Source: Candidatus Acetothermia bacterium (GTDB lineage Bacteria > Bipolaricaulota > Bipolaricaulia > M55B111). From it: a stretch of DNA of 26,248 nucleotides. The stretch is taken from positions 1-26,248 of the forward strand of contig JBKGZT010000015.1 of NCBI GenBank assembly GCA_046543235.1, written 5' to 3'. The notes beneath the pieces are model-generated. The model was given only the letters and a program-made list of their open reading frames with translations, was not told where the DNA came from and ran no database searches. Made by a program: the position numbers and the translations under genes. This document shows positions 17,448 through 26,136 of the stretch, in pieces (the first letter of the stretch is position 1; the number at the start of each line of letters is the position of its first letter).

Positions 17448-18479
17448 TTAACCTACTTGTTCCCAGAGTTTTTCCGCGTAGTAAACCTGATTTGCGAGTT
17501 CTAGCGCGGACTCGGGAAACTCAAGCTCTATCTCTCGCGCGACGTCGAGGTTCAGGGCAAGCTTGATGTTTTCTTTCGTCTGCTCTAGCTCGTGTATAGG
17601 TATTTCGTTGGGCTCTTCTCCCCCTAAGATACGTACAACCACCTCGCCGCAAACTTCTCCATGTCGTTGGTAACTCCAGCCAAAAGCGGCTACGGGCCCA
17701 TCCGCTATAGTCGTCGGATCAGCTGTTACTAGGGGAATATCTTCGTCTACAGCGACGTCGGATACTGCCGGAAGCGCGGATACGACCGTGTTGTCGTTCG
17801 AGACCCATATTGCCCCTGCGCGCCCCTTTAGGGAATCGGCAGCCATCTGGACTTCGCTTGATTTGTTTGCCGAGGCTTTGACAACTTCAATACCCAGGTC
17901 CTCGGCAACATCTTCGGCGACGCTATTCAGATACCTGGAGTTTGCCTCACCGGGGTTGTATACGATTCCGATCTTTTCGATTTCCGGACGAAGGTCGGTT
18001 ATTAGTTCTATCTGTTTTCTCACGGGGGTCATATCAGTGACGCCAGTAATATTTCCGTTATCTTCGGGATTTTCGTAATCGTCGTAACTATCCACTAGAC
18101 CGGCTTCTACGAAGTTGGTTACAGCACTTACGACTAGTGGCGTCTCGTCGAAGACCTCGGCTGCTGCCTGAGCGGTTGGCGTGGCTATAGGCACCACGAC
18201 GTCAACGTTCTCGGATTTGAAGGTTTGAGCGATGGATAGCGCGTTGTTGAAGTCCCCCTGAGCATTTCTGGTCAGGAACTCTACGTCCTTCCCCTCTTCG
18301 AATCCGTTTTCCTTTACCACTTCTATAACTGCGTCCCGGACTGCGTCCAGGGCCGGATGCTCCACGATCTGGGATATTCCTATTTTGACCGGTTCTTCCG
18401 CTGTTAACCCGCCAAATGAAAAACCGAAAAGCAAAATTCCCACCACGAGGACTAGGGCTAATTTCTTACATGCTAGCAT
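17448..18479 (-). CDS. ABC transporter substrate-binding protein (ABC_sub_bind / TrpX-like Tyr/Trp-binding family)
   Basis: Signal peptide; IGISQIVEHPALD, NAQGD, IATPTAQA, SAVT, NITGVTD, YNPGEANS and NDNTV motifs; AGGAGG RBS. Confidence 0.9.
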   Translation of the reverse strand: MLACKKLALVLVVGILLFGFSFGGLTAEEPVKIGISQIVEHPALDAVRDAVIEVVKENGFEEGKDVEFLTRNAQGDFNNALSIAQTFKSENVDVVVPIATPTAQAAAEVFDETPLVVSAVTNFVEAGLVDSYDDYENPEDNGNITGVTDMTPVRKQIELITDLRPEIEKIGIVYNPGEANSRYLNSVAEDVAEDLGIEVVKASANKSSEVQMAADSLKGRAGAIWVSNDNTVVSALPAVSDVAVDEDIPLVTADPTTIADGPVAAFGWSYQRHGEVCGEVVVRILGGEEPNEIPIHELEQTKENIKLALNLDVAREIELEFPESALELANQVYYAEKLWEQVG

Positions 18480-18532
18480 ATATACCTCCTGTGAAATGGG
18501 TTTTCGTTACTCCAAACTCATATTCCCCAAAT

Positions 18533-18562
18533 AAAAAAAACTATAGGATAAACCTATAGTTT
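18533..18562 (-). terminator. Attenuator-type intrinsic terminator in the transporter leader
   Basis: Minus strand AAACUAUAGG-UUUAU-CCUAUAG followed by U8, lying between the leader ORF and the first structural gene. Confidence 0.85.
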
Positions 18563-18568
18563 GCTTGA

Positions 18569-18604
18569 GTTTAGGGCTAAGTTTGGTATCGTTCTGCCCT
18601 AAAC
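18569..18604 (-). promoter_or_regulatory. Leader hairpin (pause / anti-antiterminator candidate)
   Basis: Perfect 9-bp inverted repeat GTTTAGGGC (18569-18577) / GCCCTAAAC (18596-18604), directly after the leader stop codon. Confidence 0.7.
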
Positions 18605-18605
18605 C

Positions 18606-18659
18606 TTACTTGTGCCAATAATAATAAGTATAGCTAATTGAAGACTCCGCTCCGCTCAC
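18606..18659 (-). CDS. Tyr/Trp-rich leader peptide MSGAESSISYTYYYWHK (17 aa; 35 aa if started at ATG 18713)
   Basis: AGGAGGTGAT RBS (18670-18661), GTG start, and codons TAT ACT TAT TAT TAT TGG just before the stop. Confidence 0.8.
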   Translation of the reverse strand: MSGAESSISYTYYYWHK

Positions 18660-18751
18660 TATCACCTCCTCTGCTAACAATCCGGTATGTACGGATTTGT
18701 GTTTTTTACTCATCACTGTTGAATTCCCCTGTTTTGTTCATAATCTCAATA

Positions 18752-18780
18752 ATAATATCTAGTTCACGGTAAATTGTCAA
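18752..18780 (-). promoter_or_regulatory. Sigma70-type promoter of the leader/ABC operon
   Basis: Minus strand TTGACA (18780-18775), 17 bp spacer, TATTAT (18757-18752). Confidence 0.8.
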
Positions 18781-18857
18781 ACCAAATGGCCTGTAAATTA
18801 TGGACTATTAGATCTACAATTCAGCATAATAAACTGGTGGTTTGTTCCCTGGGTCAC

Positions 18858-19029
18858 ATAGTGTAGCATTTTACCTGTAAAACTAGCTTTGGAAACCGTT
18901 CGACAAAACCAGGGATCGATTTCCCCAGCGGGGAAATCCCCCTTTCCAAGCTCGGCTCGCCTCCGATGGGATTTTCCTGAACGGTTTCCAAAGCTATAAA
19001 ATCATTTTTCACAGTTTCTTCCACAATAT
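18858..19029. repeat. Palindromic intergenic repeat, copy 1 (MITE-like)
   Basis: Perfect 18-bp inverted repeat TAGCTTTGGAAACCGTTC (18884-18901 / 18979-18996), internal hairpin GATTTCCCC-AGC-GGGGAAATC, and arms shared with copies 2 and 3. Confidence 0.9.
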
Positions 19030-19083
19030 TCTGGGCCGAAGTTATTCAGGTAGGTAAATTATATTTTTTGTAAACTTCAAGTC

Positions 19084-19112
19084 TTGTATAGCTGTAAAAT
19101 TTTCATTATAAT
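19084..19112 (+). promoter_or_regulatory. Sigma70-type promoter for the LivK-like gene
   Basis: TTGTAT (19084-19089), 17 bp spacer, TATAAT (19107-19112); AGGAGG at 19131-19136. Confidence 0.7.
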
Positions 19113-19143
19113 CCCTTTAATCAAACCAAAAGGAGGGTAAATA

Positions 19144-20442
19144 GTGAAAAAACTTAAGAATATTAAAAGTGGTTCATCTGGGATAATGCTCGGAATAGTT
19201 TTGGTTCTGCTTGCCGGACTGATAGTGCCCAGTACTGGAGTTCAGGCTCAGGAAGATGATATTAAGATCGGATCTTTAATGGCGATGAGCGGGGCCCTGG
19301 CTTCTTATGGACCGCCGATCAACGACGGAGTAGAACTAGCGGCGAAACACTTAAACGAAGCGGGAGGAATTCTAGGTAGGGACGTGGAAATAGTGACGAG
19401 AGATAGCAAAACTGACCCGACTAGCGGAGTGGACGCCGCCAAGAAACTGGTTGACGTAGATGAAGTGAGCGCCTTCGTGGGCCCTCTCTCCAGCGGGGTT
19501 ACGCTTCCGGTTGCGGAAAGCGTCTCCGTCCCGGAAGAGGTAGTTCAAATATCTCCTTCAGCTACCACCCCTCAGATGACCGGCCTGGAAGACGACGACT
19601 ACGTCTTCAGGACCGTCCCCAGTGACGCGCTGCAGGGAGTGATAATTGGACAGCTTGCCTTGGACCTGGGCTACGAGAATTTCTCCGTGATTTACGTAAA
19701 CAACGACTACGGAAAAGGTTTGGCAGACGCCGCAGGCGACTGGTTCGAGGAAAGGGGCGGAGAAGTATTGACTAAAGTTCCTTACGAGAAAGGGAAGGCT
19801 TCTTATCGAGGAGAGCTTGAGGAAGCCGCGGCGGGGAACCCGGAAGTCCTCGTGCTTGTTGGCTATCCTGAAAACGGTACCAACATCGTCCGTCAGGCGC
19901 TTTCGGGTGGTTACATGGATGAATTCATTTTCCCGGATGGCATGCAAGCACCGGAGATAATCGAGAACATCGAGGCCCAGTACCTAAATGGGACATACGG
20001 CACCGCCCCTGGTTCGAAGGACACTCCTTCGGCCGAAACTTTCGAGGAAACATATACTGAAGAGTACGGTTCCACCCCACCGAAGCCTTTCATGACCAAT
20101 GCCTACGACGCCGCTACCGTGATCAGTCTGGCCATGCAGAAGGCGGGAAGCACCGACTCGGAAGCCATAAAAAACAACCTGCGCGACGTCTCGAACCCTC
20201 CCGGGGAGAAAGTCTACGCCGGCCCCGAGGAATTCGAAAAGGCGTTCGAGCTGCTGGAAGAGGGTGAGGAGATTAACTACGAAGGGGCCGGTGGATCGGT
20301 CGACTTCAACTCCGACGGGGACGTCGTTTCTCCGATTCAGGTATGGAAGATCGAGGACGGGGAAATCGTTACCGATAGAGTGGAGGAAATAGCCGTGCAG
20401 GACGGCAGGTTCGTTCCCGCCAAGATAGTGGAAGAGGAATAA
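19144..20442 (+). CDS. LIV/HAAT-family ABC transporter substrate-binding protein
   Basis: Signal peptide; IKIGSL..MSG, LNEAGGILG, ISPSAT, FRTVPSD, NNDYGKGL and AYDA motifs. Confidence 0.9.
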   Translation: MKKLKNIKSGSSGIMLGIVLVLLAGLIVPSTGVQAQEDDIKIGSLMAMSGALASYGPPINDGVELAAKHLNEAGGILGRDVEIVTRDSKTDPTSGVDAAKKLVDVDEVSAFVGPLSSGVTLPVAESVSVPEEVVQISPSATTPQMTGLEDDDYVFRTVPSDALQGVIIGQLALDLGYENFSVIYVNNDYGKGLADAAGDWFEERGGEVLTKVPYEKGKASYRGELEEAAAGNPEVLVLVGYPENGTNIVRQALSGGYMDEFIFPDGMQAPEIIENIEAQYLNGTYGTAPGSKDTPSAETFEETYTEEYGSTPPKPFMTNAYDAATVISLAMQKAGSTDSEAIKNNLRDVSNPPGEKVYAGPEEFEKAFELLEEGEEINYEGAGGSVDFNSDGDVVSPIQVWKIEDGEIVTDRVEEIAVQDGRFVPAKIVEEE

Positions 20443-20469
20443 GAGGTTTAAGAATTATCTTAGATGAGT

Positions 20470-20502
20470 AAGGGCCCCGAAACCGGGGCCCTTTTTATTT
20501 TT
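20470..20502 (+). terminator. Intrinsic terminator
   Basis: AGGGCCCCG-AAAC-CGGGGCCCT followed by TTTTATTTTT. Confidence 0.85.
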
Positions 20503-20549
20503 CCTTATCGATTCTTTCATTGAAACGTAACTTAAGATCCTAAAGATGC

Positions 20550-20737
20550 ATAGTGTAGCATTTTACCTGTAAAACTAGCTTTGGAGACCGTTCGACAGAA
20601 CCAGGGATCAATTTCCCAGCGGGGAAATCCCCCTTTCCGATCTAAGTGTTGGAACCACTCCCGCTCGCCTCCGATGTGATCTTCCTGAACGGTTTCCAAA
20701 GCTATAAATTCATTTCACGCAGTTGTTTATACACTAT
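20550..20737. repeat. Palindromic intergenic repeat, copy 2 (MITE-like)
   Basis: Outer ends ATAGTGTA...TACACTAT. Inner 18-bp inverted repeat at 20576-20593 / 20687-20704 (1 mismatch). About 16 extra bases inside relative to copy 1. Confidence 0.9.
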
Positions 20738-20778
20738 CGAGATGTGGAAAGAAATGAAACTCTTGTCTTTAATCAGAG

Positions 20779-21720
20779 TTATTCGTTGCTACCCCCCAGC
20801 TTGGATATTATCTTCTCCCTGCCAAACAGGCCTTGAGGCCTGATCAACAGGATTACATCCAGAAGAATACCCATGAGAAGCATCCTGACGAACCCCGCCT
20901 TGTTGGTTATCCCCGAAGGCAGGATATCGATAAGAAACTCGCTTCCTATCCAGACGCCCCAAACCACGAATGCGCCGAGGATTACCCCCTTGTTGCTCCC
21001 CGTACCACCGAGCAGGATCATCAACCAGACTATGAAGGTCGCCATTAGTGGTGTGAAGGAACTGGGACTGATGAAGCCGACGTAATGGGCATAGAGTGCA
21101 CCGGCGATTCCCATGACCATGGATCCGAAGACGAAGGACTGCATCTTAACGTTCCAGCTGTCCTTGCCGGACATTTCGGCCATCTTCTCGTCCTCCCTTA
21201 CGGCGTTGAGCATCCTGCCCCACGGGGACCTGACGCCGATTTCTGTCATCCGGTAGAAAATAAATAGGAGAACCCCGGCAATTCCCAGGTAGATCCATTC
21301 CGAGAGATCAGCGCCGACGAGGTTTCTCGTTGGTTGAGGAATGCCTCTAATACCCCAGACGCCGTTTGTCAGCCATTTTTCGTTTTTTACTATGAGCCGA
21401 ATTGTCTCTGAGATTGCCAGCATGGAGATGGCGAAGAAGCCCCCGCGCAATCGAAGGGCGGGGAAAGCTAGGAGATAGGCCAGGAATCCGGACAGGATCG
21501 CCGCGCCCAATAGCCCCACTATGAAGGGCAATCCAAAACCACCGACGTAATCAGGGGATGAAGAGGTAGTAAGTAGCGCGGAGGTGTAGGCGCCGACGAA
21601 GTAAAACGTACCGATACCAAAGTTCATTAAGCCCGTAAAACCCCACTGGAGATTGAGCGCCAGGGCGGCAATTCCGTACGTGCTGGCCATAATGAGATAC
21701 GATATAAAGTAGCTTAGCAT
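20779..21720 (-). CDS. livM: LIV-family ABC permease (LivM-like)
   Basis: LNLQWGFTGLMNFG, PALRLRG.FFAI, SPWGRMLNAVREDE and LLGGTGS motifs. Confidence 0.85.
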   Translation of the reverse strand: MLSYFISYLIMASTYGIAALALNLQWGFTGLMNFGIGTFYFVGAYTSALLTTSSSPDYVGGFGLPFIVGLLGAAILSGFLAYLLAFPALRLRGGFFAISMLAISETIRLIVKNEKWLTNGVWGIRGIPQPTRNLVGADLSEWIYLGIAGVLLFIFYRMTEIGVRSPWGRMLNAVREDEKMAEMSGKDSWNVKMQSFVFGSMVMGIAGALYAHYVGFISPSSFTPLMATFIVWLMILLGGTGSNKGVILGAFVVWGVWIGSEFLIDILPSGITNKAGFVRMLLMGILLDVILLIRPQGLFGREKIISKLGGSNE

Positions 21721-21724
21721 CTTA

Positions 21725-22651
21725 TCACTCTCCCGTTCCGAATATTCCCTGTGGTCTAAATAACAAAACGATTACCATCAGTACAAAGGCAATGGCTGGT
21801 TTGTAAGCGGTCATTAGCACGTCCAGCTCCAGAGCGTCGAATACGTTCTGTAGCACGCCGGTCAGCATTTCCTGAGCCACTCCGATGATCATTGCTCCAA
21901 CCATGGCACCCCATAGATCCCCGACTCCGGCGACGACGACTGCCACGAATATCGGTATCAGGATGTTCCAGCCCATTATCGGTCGTAGCTGAACTTCTAT
22001 TCCGTAGAGAACGCCGGCTGCCGCTGTGAGGGAGACGGCAATGATCCAGGTCCAGTTGACCACCTCTTCCGTATCTATCCCTGTAACCCGGGCCAGGGTC
22101 TTGTTGTCGGAAGCTGCCCGCATTGCCTTGCCGATCTTCGTCTGTTTGAGAAACAGGTATACGACGACGACCAGGAAGAGGGCGGTCCCCACGATGAAGA
22201 ACTCGTCAGGTTTGACCGTAATTCCCAGCGGAAAGCGCTTCGTCATTTGCAGCCCGCCGTAGTATTTTGCCTGAGGCCCCCAGACCAATCTTATAATTGA
22301 GCGGAAGATGAACGCGACCCCGAGCGAGGAGAGCGCCAGGAAGAGCTCGCTCGCCCCCCTCTCCCGAAGGGGCTTAAACAGTACCTTGTCGAAGAACAGA
22401 GCGAAGGCGGACATCACGACCATCGCAAATACGATGGCCAGGATCATTGCGGGGCCGAAAGATAGGGCGGGGAAGTTACCCCAATTCGGCATGACCCCGA
22501 CGAAGAAGAGGGCCAGGTAGGCGCCGAAGCTGAGCATATCCCCGTGGGCGAAGTTGAAGAAGTTCAGGATATCCGCGATCAACGTTACGCCTATGGCGCC
22601 CAGAGTAAAGATGCTGCCTAGAATCAATCCGTTTACAAACAGGTCAGCCAT
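21725..22651 (-). CDS. livH: LIV-family ABC permease (LivH-like)
   Basis: NGLILGSIFTLGAIG, NFAHG, TKIGKAMRA and LLFRPQGIFG motifs. Confidence 0.85.
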   Translation of the reverse strand: MADLFVNGLILGSIFTLGAIGVTLIADILNFFNFAHGDMLSFGAYLALFFVGVMPNWGNFPALSFGPAMILAIVFAMVVMSAFALFFDKVLFKPLRERGASELFLALSSLGVAFIFRSIIRLVWGPQAKYYGGLQMTKRFPLGITVKPDEFFIVGTALFLVVVVYLFLKQTKIGKAMRAASDNKTLARVTGIDTEEVVNWTWIIAVSLTAAAGVLYGIEVQLRPIMGWNILIPIFVAVVVAGVGDLWGAMVGAMIIGVAQEMLTGVLQNVFDALELDVLMTAYKPAIAFVLMVIVLLFRPQGIFGTGE

Positions 22652-22657
22652 GTCTTC

Positions 22658-23365
22658 TCACCTCGAACCCCCAAAGTAAAGATCCTGTACTCTATCCGTT
22701 TCCAGCAATTCTTCCGTCTCTCCTGAAAGGACCATCTCGCCTGCGGATAGCAGGTAGGCCCTGTTGGCTAGACGGAGTGCGTCTATTGTCTGAGCTACCA
22801 GGAGCACCGTGACGCCTCTATCGTTTATCTCCTTGACTTTGTTAAGCATCATTTTGACCAGAGAGGGCTGCAGTCCCGCCGTAGGTTCGTCGAGCAGCAG
22901 GAGGCGGGGCCGAATCAACAGACCGCGGCCCACGGCGACCATCTGCTGCTGGCCTCCGGACATCGTACCCGCTTTTTGTCCCATTCGCTCCCTCAACTGG
23001 GGAAATATGGAACATATCTCTTCGATTCTATCCTCGAAGTCCTCCTCCAAGGTGAAAGCACCCATCTCCAGGTTCTCCCTCACGGTGAGGGAGGGAAATA
23101 TATTGTCGTCCTGGGGGACGTAACTCATTCCCAATCTAATCGTATCCTCGGGTTCCGTACCCGTAATATCCTTTCCTTCCAGTTTCAGTTTGCCCTCGTC
23201 CGGATGTAGGACCCCGGAAATCGAACGCAGTAGAGTGGTTTTTCCGGCTCCGTTTGGGCCTATCGTTGCCACCAGCTCTCCCTCGTCGATCTCAAGCGAT
23301 ATCCCGTGCAGTACGTCCACTTCCCCGTAGCCGGCGGAAAGATTATTCACGCTCAGTAAAGACAA
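22658..23365 (-). CDS. livF: LIV-family ABC ATPase (LivF-like)
   Basis: GPNGAGKT, TVRENLEMGA, MSGGQQQM and LLLDEPTAGL motifs. Confidence 0.9.
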   Translation of the reverse strand: MSLLSVNNLSAGYGEVDVLHGISLEIDEGELVATIGPNGAGKTTLLRSISGVLHPDEGKLKLEGKDITGTEPEDTIRLGMSYVPQDDNIFPSLTVRENLEMGAFTLEEDFEDRIEEICSIFPQLRERMGQKAGTMSGGQQQMVAVGRGLLIRPRLLLLDEPTAGLQPSLVKMMLNKVKEINDRGVTVLLVAQTIDALRLANRAYLLSAGEMVLSGETEELLETDRVQDLYFGGSR

Positions 23366-23386
23366 AACCGTTCACCTCCTTTTGGT

Positions 23387-24148
23387 TTAGCTTCCCAGGT
23401 AAGCTTCTATTACCTGTTCGTCATTGCGTACTTCTTCCGGTTTTCCTTCCGTCAGCGTCTCGCCGTCCACTAGTACGATGATCGGGTCGCAAAGATCCAT
23501 GATTATATTCATGTCGTGTTCTACGACGAGAAAGGTTATCCCTCGATCCTCGCTTATATCTCTCACGTAATTGTTGACTTTGTTCTGCAGGGAAGGTGGA
23601 ACCCCGGATCCCGGTTCGTCCAGCAATACCATCTCCGGCTCCGCCATCATCATCCTTCCAAGATCCAGCAGCTTCTTTTCGCCGCCCGGAAGGTTCTTGG
23701 CCAGGTCGTGTTTTCTATCCTCCATTTCAAGGAATTCCAGGACTTCCATGGCGGTTTCTCTGTGGCCGTCTTCCTCTCTGCTAACCAGGTTGCGATTGAA
23801 CCAGGCGTTCCACAGGCTTTCTCCCGTCTGCTGTCGCGGGATGAGCATGAGGTTTTCCAGGACCGTCATTTCCTGAATTTCTCTTGTTATCTGGAAGGTC
23901 CGGAAGAGGTTCCTCTCGAAGATCTCGTGAGGAGTAAGATTTGTTATGTCCTCGTCCTTAAAGTATACTCGCCCCGAATCGGGCTGATGGAACCCAGTTA
24001 TCAGGTTGAAAATGGTCGTCTTGCCGGCTCCGTTGGGCCCGATTAATCCAGTAATTGTTCCTTGTTCCACGGACAGGGAGCAATTGTTGACCGCCTGTAT
24101 TCCGCCAAAACTCTTGCTCAAATTATCAACCCGTAACACCACGATCAC
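23387..24148 (-). CDS. livG: LIV-family ABC ATPase (LivG-like)
   Basis: KSFGGIQAV, GPNGAGKTT, RTFQ, LLDEP, VVEHDM and VIEAYLG motifs. Confidence 0.9.
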   Translation of the reverse strand: MIVVLRVDNLSKSFGGIQAVNNCSLSVEQGTITGLIGPNGAGKTTIFNLITGFHQPDSGRVYFKDEDITNLTPHEIFERNLFRTFQITREIQEMTVLENLMLIPRQQTGESLWNAWFNRNLVSREEDGHRETAMEVLEFLEMEDRKHDLAKNLPGGEKKLLDLGRMMMAEPEMVLLDEPGSGVPPSLQNKVNNYVRDISEDRGITFLVVEHDMNIIMDLCDPIIVLVDGETLTEGKPEEVRNDEQVIEAYLGS

Positions 24149-24283
24149 CTCTGAGTCTTTCCGTAAGAACCACTGCTAGGTTCTCAACTTATTTTGCGGT
24201 CGAGTGTTTATCCCTAACTGCCGGAGTGAACCCGTCTCGTTGGAAAGTACCCGGCTCTTGTAAATTGGTAACTTTCATGTTAT

Positions 24284-25171
24284 TTATTTCCGATCGGCCC
24301 GATCGTCGATCTTTAGCTGTCTCGATTTTTTCGTTGCCTCTTCTATTGCCTTGAAGAAGGCCACCCGGACGCCTCCCTCCTCCAGCTTCATTATCGCGTC
24401 TACCGTTACACCGGCCGGCGTCGTTACCATGTCTTTTAGTTTTGCCGGATGTTCGTCAGTTTCTAAGACCATCTTTGCCGCGCCAAGAAGAGACTGGGCT
24501 GCGAGGGTCGTCGCCCTTTCCCGGGGCAGACCGACGCGGACCCCTGCTTCGATCAGCGACTCTATAACCAGGTATCCGTAAGCAGGACCGGACCCGGAAT
24601 AACCAGTTATAGCGTCCATAAGGTCCTCGTCTTTTACCACTTCGACGAGACCGACCGGTTCGAATATCTGTTTGGCCAGCTCGAGGTCGTCCTCGTCGGC
24701 GTTTGTACCACTGACCAGCGTCGTCGCCCCCGAGTTCACGGTTATAGCCGTGTTGGGCATGGAGCGGACCACCGGTACTTCCCTGTCAAGTTTTCCCTCT
24801 ATAAATTCCGTCGTTATTCCGGCAGCCACGGAAATTACCAGCTGGTCGGAATCGAATGAGTAACTAATCTGATCGAGAACGTTCTCGATCATCTGTGGTT
24901 CGACAGCCAGAACGACGATATCGCTTTTGCTTACGACGGCCTCGTTATCGGTGGTGGCTTCGATCCCGTATTTTTCTCTCACCTTCTTTGCACTTTCTTC
25001 ATGAGAGGTACTTCCTATGATCTTGTCCGTGACGGTAATTTCGTTCTTGATCAATGCTTCCACGAGGGTCCCACCGATCGTTCCCACTCCGATGATTCCA
25101 ATCTTTTTATCCTTTAGGTCTTTATTTTTAGTTTCCACAGGAAAATCACCATAAGGGTAAAATTTGTCCAA
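24284..25171 (-). CDS. proC: Pyrroline-5-carboxylate reductase
   Basis: GIIGVGTIG, ISVAAG, VRSMPNT, SGSGPAY and HPAKLKDMVTTPAGVT motifs. Start is uncertain (TTG 25171 or GTG 25138). Confidence 0.93.
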   Translation of the reverse strand: MDKFYPYGDFPVETKNKDLKDKKIGIIGVGTIGGTLVEALIKNEITVTDKIIGSTSHEESAKKVREKYGIEATTDNEAVVSKSDIVVLAVEPQMIENVLDQISYSFDSDQLVISVAAGITTEFIEGKLDREVPVVRSMPNTAITVNSGATTLVSGTNADEDDLELAKQIFEPVGLVEVVKDEDLMDAITGYSGSGPAYGYLVIESLIEAGVRVGLPRERATTLAAQSLLGAAKMVLETDEHPAKLKDMVTTPAGVTVDAIMKLEEGGVRVAFFKAIEEATKKSRQLKIDDRADRK

Positions 25172-25245
25172 ATTAACAAACTGAAAGTTATCATAACTAA
25201 TTAACGAGGGCGTTACAAGGGGTGGTGGGAACGTGTTAAAGGTAA

Positions 25246-26085
25246 TTACGTTTCAAACAGATCTTTGCCGGGTTGAATGAGGTCGCCCGGTTCCGGAAGC
25301 CCATCCGTCCCTCCTTCCAGGCCGAGAAGCCCGGAAAATTTCTTGGCGTCTCGGGCGGATTTGCCCCCGTAATGGTTGTTGAAAAGGATCACGATGTTTT
25401 CCGTATAATCCTTCAGCTCCTCCGTTTTATCAACCCACTCCTCCAGTTCTTCCTCGCCGTAGGAGTAGTCGTATCTCATGTGAGGGTTGGGAGGGTTCCA
25501 CCAGTGTTCCTCGACCCGTCCGTGAAAACGTATGTACCCCAAATCGGTTGTAGCCCTGACTATAGGAGGAACGAGTCTGGGTAGCCGCGGCATATCGACG
25601 CAGACGTAGCCGAGATCGTGCTTCTCGAGGAATTTGAACGTTTCTTCTTTGATCCAGTACTCGTTGCGAAATTCCACGTTGATCGGAAGTTCCGGTAGCT
25701 GGTTCCGCAGGAACTCGAGGTGTTCGAAGCTCTCGTCTTTTGGTTTAAAGGAGTAGGGAAACTGGGCGAGCGTGGTAACCAGCTGGCCGCTTTGAACGAG
25801 TGGCTCTATACCCGCCCTGAACTTGTCAACCGACTTGGCTGCCTTTTCTCTCTCGTGGGTCAGCTCCTTCGAAAACTTCACCACGAACCGGAATTCCTCC
25901 GGGACCTTTTTCCGTATGTTCTCGAACATCCCCGGCGTTGGAAGATGGTAGTAGGTAGAGTTGATCTCCGTTAAATCGAAGTAGCTGGAGTAGCGTTTCA
26001 GAAAGTTCTTCTTGCTCAGGCTTTCAGGGTAAACTACTCCCCTCCAGTCATCATAGGAATAGCCGCTGGTACCGATCTTGATCAA
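25246..26085 (-). CDS. DUF72 family protein
   Basis: IGTSGYSYDDW, EINSTYY, LAQFPYSF, VEFRN..W, YIRFHGR, RYDYSY and FNNH motifs. TTG start at 26085 follows a GGAGG RBS. Confidence 0.9.
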   Translation of the reverse strand: MIKIGTSGYSYDDWRGVVYPESLSKKNFLKRYSSYFDLTEINSTYYHLPTPGMFENIRKKVPEEFRFVVKFSKELTHEREKAAKSVDKFRAGIEPLVQSGQLVTTLAQFPYSFKPKDESFEHLEFLRNQLPELPINVEFRNEYWIKEETFKFLEKHDLGYVCVDMPRLPRLVPPIVRATTDLGYIRFHGRVEEHWWNPPNPHMRYDYSYGEEELEEWVDKTEELKDYTENIVILFNNHYGGKSARDAKKFSGLLGLEGGTDGLPEPGDLIQPGKDLFET

Positions 26086-26136
26086 CCTTATCCCTCCAAG
26101 GAGAAGGGCCCTAATTCCCTTTAAGTTTAACCAAGG

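Noticed and set aside
18480-18750. T-box riboswitch upstream of the amino acid ABC transporter
   Set aside because: No T-box UGGNACC antiterminator bulge or stem I motifs were found. The leader-peptide model explains the sequence better.
20646-20843. 65-aa ORF starting inside repeat copy 2
   Set aside because: It starts in the copy-specific insertion, has no RBS and runs antisense into livM.
311-25974. Numerous antisense or alternate-frame ORFs in the track (e.g. 1038-1574, 4349-4927, 7254-7775, 7961-8590, 23516-24046)
   Set aside because: They are shadows of well-supported genes and have no motifs or translation signals.
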